From assembly GCA_964529325.1 (NCBI GenBank), contig CAZGWH010000005.1:1126-65125 (forward strand): 64,000 nucleotides of DNA, read 5' to 3'. Of this stretch, positions 61,083-64,000 are shown piece after piece. The notes beneath the pieces were generated by a model. That model did no database searches and had not been told where the DNA came from. It saw only the letters and a program-made list of their open reading frames with translations. Both the position numbers and the translations under genes were made by a program. This stretch comes from an uncultured bacterium. GTDB lineage: Bacteria > Fidelibacterota > Marinisomatia > SCGC-AAA003-L08 > GCA-2689995. The number at the start of each line of letters is the position of its first letter. The stretch's first letter is position 1.

Positions 61083-63284
61083 TTGTTAGATTCTTTAAAA
61101 AATATATTCCCATTAAATGGTGGAAAACCAAGTCCGTTCAATGAAATAATTAATACATTAAATCGCCAAGAAAAAATAAATGATGATACGGAAGCATTTT
61201 TATGGAAAGCGTATCAGTTTGGTGAATCGGCACATATTGATCAAAAAAGAAGATCTGGTGAACCATATTTTAATCATTGTTCAGCTGTAGGTAATATATT
61301 AGCTAGTTGGGGATTAGATGAAAATACAATAATCGCTGGGTTATTACATGATACAGTTGAAGATACAGATATTTCTCTTGAAAATATTTCTGAAGAATTT
61401 AATCAAGAAATTGCTGATTTAATTGAAGGAGTTACAAAATTATCTGGGATAAAATTTTATAGTCGTCAACATAAACAGGCTGAAAATTTCATGAAAATGT
61501 TTTTATCTGTTGCAAAAGATATTCGTGTAATTATTATAAAATTTGCTGACCGTTTGCATAATATGAGAACACTTGAACATTTACCATTAATTAAACAACG
61601 ACGAATAGCAAATGAAACAAAAGATGTTTACGCACCATTAGCCCACCGCCTGGGAATGAATAAACTTAAAAGTGATTATGAAGATTTAATATTTAAAACC
61701 GTTAAACCAAAGGTATATAAAAGATTATTAAAAAAAGTTAAATCAAGTAAGGCTGAAAGAGAAAAATTCTTGAATGATTTTATTCAACCTATTGTTGAAA
61801 AATTAGAAAACGACTCAATATCGAATAGAATTTTAAAACGAACTAAACATTATTCATCAATTCAAGGCAAAATTATAGCCCGAGGTAAGCCATTTGAAGA
61901 AATAATGGATATAATGGCAATTAGGGTTATTGTTACTAATTTAGAGGATTGCTACACTATTTTAGGTTATATACATGGGCTTTATACTCCTTTACAGGCA
62001 AGATTTAAAGATTTTATTTCAACTCCAAAAAAGAATGGATACCAATCTTTACATACTACTGTTTTTGGAAAAAATGGGCGTATAGTAGAAATTCAAATTA
62101 GAACTGAAGAAATGGATAAAACTGCTGAAATTGGAATTGCTGCGCATTGGGCATACAAAGAGGGGCAGGGAAAAAATAAAAAATCAACTAAATCTTTAGA
62201 TAAACATATTAGTTGGCTTCGTGAGCTTGTTGAAGTATTACAAGATGAAGATAGAAATGAAGACCCTAAAGAATTTTTACAATTATTGAAAATTGATTTA
62301 TTTGAACAAGAAATATTTATTTTTTCTCCTAAGGGTGATGTTTATCAACTTAAAGAAAATTCAACACCTGTAGATTTTGCATTTGAAGTTCATACTGAAG
62401 TTGGAATGCATTGTATTGGCGCCAAAATAAATGGGAAAATTGTACCTTTAAATTCAAAATTAAAAAACGGTGATAGCATTGAAATAATTACTTCAGAAAG
62501 TAAAAATCCGAGCTATGCATGGTTAAAATTTGTTCAAACAATAAAAGCAAAAACAAATATAAAAAAATGGATAAACAAAGAACAAAATAATCAATCCATT
62601 TCTTTAGGGAAGGAAATATTAGAGAAAACACTTCGCCGTTTAAAAAAGAAAAAATTATTAAAGGAAATTATTAAATTACCTCAACAATTGGGAGTCAATT
62701 CAATTGATCAAGTGTATATTGGAGTTTCAAATGGTTCATTAACAGTTCGAGATATTATTGAGAAATATACTCCACATGAAGTAGAATCAAAAAAAATAGA
62801 TGACAAACCTTCATTTACACAACGATTTTTAGAAAAGGCAAGAGGGAATGCCAAAGGTGTAAATGTTGATGGAATTTCAAATACATTAATGAATTTTGGT
62901 AAATGTTGTAATCCAATTCCTGGAGAAGAAATAATTGGATATATAACACGAGGGCGTGGAGTTACAATTCATAGAAATTCATGTAAAAACTTACCTGTAT
63001 TAGATGGTGAAGATCGGTTTATTGATGTGGATTGGAATGTTTCAAAAAAACAACATTTTTTGGTTCCATTAAAGGTAATTGGTGAAGATCGGAAACATTT
63101 TTTAAATAATATTACGGTCGAATTTTCAAATCAAAATATAAATATTAGTAGTATCGATGCAAAGTCAGAAGATGGCATGGCAACAATAAATATGGTAATT
63201 GAAGTGAGAGATAGACGGCAACTTACCCGAATTAGAAATAAAATTCGAAATGTAAAAGGATTAATTTATCTTGAAAGGATATGA
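61083..63284 (+). CDS. spoT: Bifunctional (p)ppGpp synthetase/hydrolase RelA/SpoT family
   Basis: HD hydrolase LLHDTVEDT, synthetase YQSLHTTV...IQIRT, plus TGS and ACT-like C-terminal domains. 733 aa. Confidence 0.95.
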   Translation: MLDSLKNIFPLNGGKPSPFNEIINTLNRQEKINDDTEAFLWKAYQFGESAHIDQKRRSGEPYFNHCSAVGNILASWGLDENTIIAGLLHDTVEDTDISLENISEEFNQEIADLIEGVTKLSGIKFYSRQHKQAENFMKMFLSVAKDIRVIIIKFADRLHNMRTLEHLPLIKQRRIANETKDVYAPLAHRLGMNKLKSDYEDLIFKTVKPKVYKRLLKKVKSSKAEREKFLNDFIQPIVEKLENDSISNRILKRTKHYSSIQGKIIARGKPFEEIMDIMAIRVIVTNLEDCYTILGYIHGLYTPLQARFKDFISTPKKNGYQSLHTTVFGKNGRIVEIQIRTEEMDKTAEIGIAAHWAYKEGQGKNKKSTKSLDKHISWLRELVEVLQDEDRNEDPKEFLQLLKIDLFEQEIFIFSPKGDVYQLKENSTPVDFAFEVHTEVGMHCIGAKINGKIVPLNSKLKNGDSIEIITSESKNPSYAWLKFVQTIKAKTNIKKWINKEQNNQSISLGKEILEKTLRRLKKKKLLKEIIKLPQQLGVNSIDQVYIGVSNGSLTVRDIIEKYTPHEVESKKIDDKPSFTQRFLEKARGNAKGVNVDGISNTLMNFGKCCNPIPGEEIIGYITRGRGVTIHRNSCKNLPVLDGEDRFIDVDWNVSKKQHFLVPLKVIGEDRKHFLNNITVEFSNQNINISSIDAKSEDGMATINMVIEVRDRRQLTRIRNKIRNVKGLIYLERI

Positions 63285-63285
63285 T

Positions 63286-63606
63286 ATGAAAACAGCGACA
63301 TACACACGAAAGGATATCGTAAGAAGAGTTTCTGCTCAATTAGGTTTAGGAGACAAAGAAGTAAAAATTGTATTGGATGAAATATTAGATACAATGACCG
63401 GTATATTCTTGGAAAATCATGATGTATTAAGATTAGAGCTTAGAAACTTTGGAATATTTGAAGTTAAACCGACAAAGGCAAAACCTCGAGCAAGAAATCC
63501 GAAAACAAATGAAGAGATTTTTGTTCCTGCTCACCGAAAAATTCATTTTAAAGCTGGGAAGATATTAAAAAAAGAATTGAAAAAGGAATATAATCCAAAA
63601 GTATGA
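63286..63606 (+). CDS. HU/IHF-family DNA-binding protein
   Basis: FGIFEVKPTKAKPRARNPKTNEEIFVPAHRKIHFKAG. ATG 63286 preferred over the track's TTG 63271 (AAAGGA upstream, no overlap with relA). Confidence 0.85.
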   Translation: MKTATYTRKDIVRRVSAQLGLGDKEVKIVLDEILDTMTGIFLENHDVLRLELRNFGIFEVKPTKAKPRARNPKTNEEIFVPAHRKIHFKAGKILKKELKKEYNPKV

Positions 63607-64000
63607 ATCGTATTTTAGGAGTTGATTATGGAGAAAGAAGAATTGGACTTGCATTATCTGACCCATTAAGTATATTTGCAAAACCTTTTATAACAATTGA
63701 TAGAAAGATTACCCCTGATTTTTATAATGAAATTCAAAAAGTTATTGCCGAAAATTCGGTAAATCAATTAGTGGTAGGTATGCCGTTAAATATGAAAGGG
63801 GTAGATTCTAAACAAACTATAATTGTCCGAGATTTTGTAGAAAATTTAAAACATAAAGTCTCAATTCCAATTCATATACTCGATGAACGGTTATCTTCTA
63901 AATCGGCAGAACAAAGTTTAATTTTTCAAAATAAATCTCCCTCTCGAAATAAAGCAAATATTGATTCAACGGCAGCTTGTTTAATTTTACAGGAATTTTT
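63603..64000 (+). CDS. ruvX: Putative pre-16S rRNA nuclease / Holliday-junction resolvase-like YqgF (RuvX), 3' end beyond the window
   Basis: Not in the track. MNRILGVDYGERRIGLALSDPLSIFAKPF...VVGMPLNMKG. ATG overlaps the upstream TGA. Confidence 0.85.
   Translation, partial: MNRILGVDYGERRIGLALSDPLSIFAKPFITIDRKITPDFYNEIQKVIAENSVNQLVVGMPLNMKGVDSKQTIIVRDFVENLKHKVSIPIHILDERLSSKSAEQSLIFQNKSPSRNKANIDSTAACLILQEF

Overview
AT-rich bacterial chromosomal window that uses the standard code; TGA is a real stop in rplO, gmk, selA, relA and hup. Positions 1-29977 form one uninterrupted plus-strand translation/transcription supercluster: the 3' end of one tuf copy, rpmG, tRNA-Trp, secE, nusG, rplKAJL, rpoBC, rpsLG, fusA, a second tuf, then the S10, spc and alpha operons through rplQ. 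Positions 30-38 kb are metabolic and accessory: a GHL10-like protein, hutU, hutI, a DUF885 protein, phhA, a small HMA metallochaperone and a barrel-like secreted protein, followed by tRNA-Phe. Positions 38.3-44.6 kb form a variable block: imuB-dnaE2 mutasome genes, a convergent SRAP/YedK gene, a DUF4395 gene and a frameshifted T9SS C-terminal-domain remnant. That remnant hints at an FCB-group organism. Positions 44.7-64 kb are housekeeping again: ffh, rpsP, a KH protein, rimM, trmD, rplS, an HD-GYP protein, orf88, selA, selB, mutS, an outer-membrane protein, yicC, gmk, rpoZ, udg, dnaB, relA/spoT, hup and ruvX. The most interesting signal is at 37055-37150. A textbook signal peptide is joined in frame to the 326-aa barrel-like ORF by two TGA codons spaced U-A-L-U. 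These are followed at E. coli fdhF-like spacing by a hairpin with a GGUC apical loop (SECIS-like), and selA/selB lie 13 kb downstream. This suggests a candidate secreted di-selenocysteine protein next to a CxxC metallochaperone. No CRISPR array, integrase or transposase was seen.
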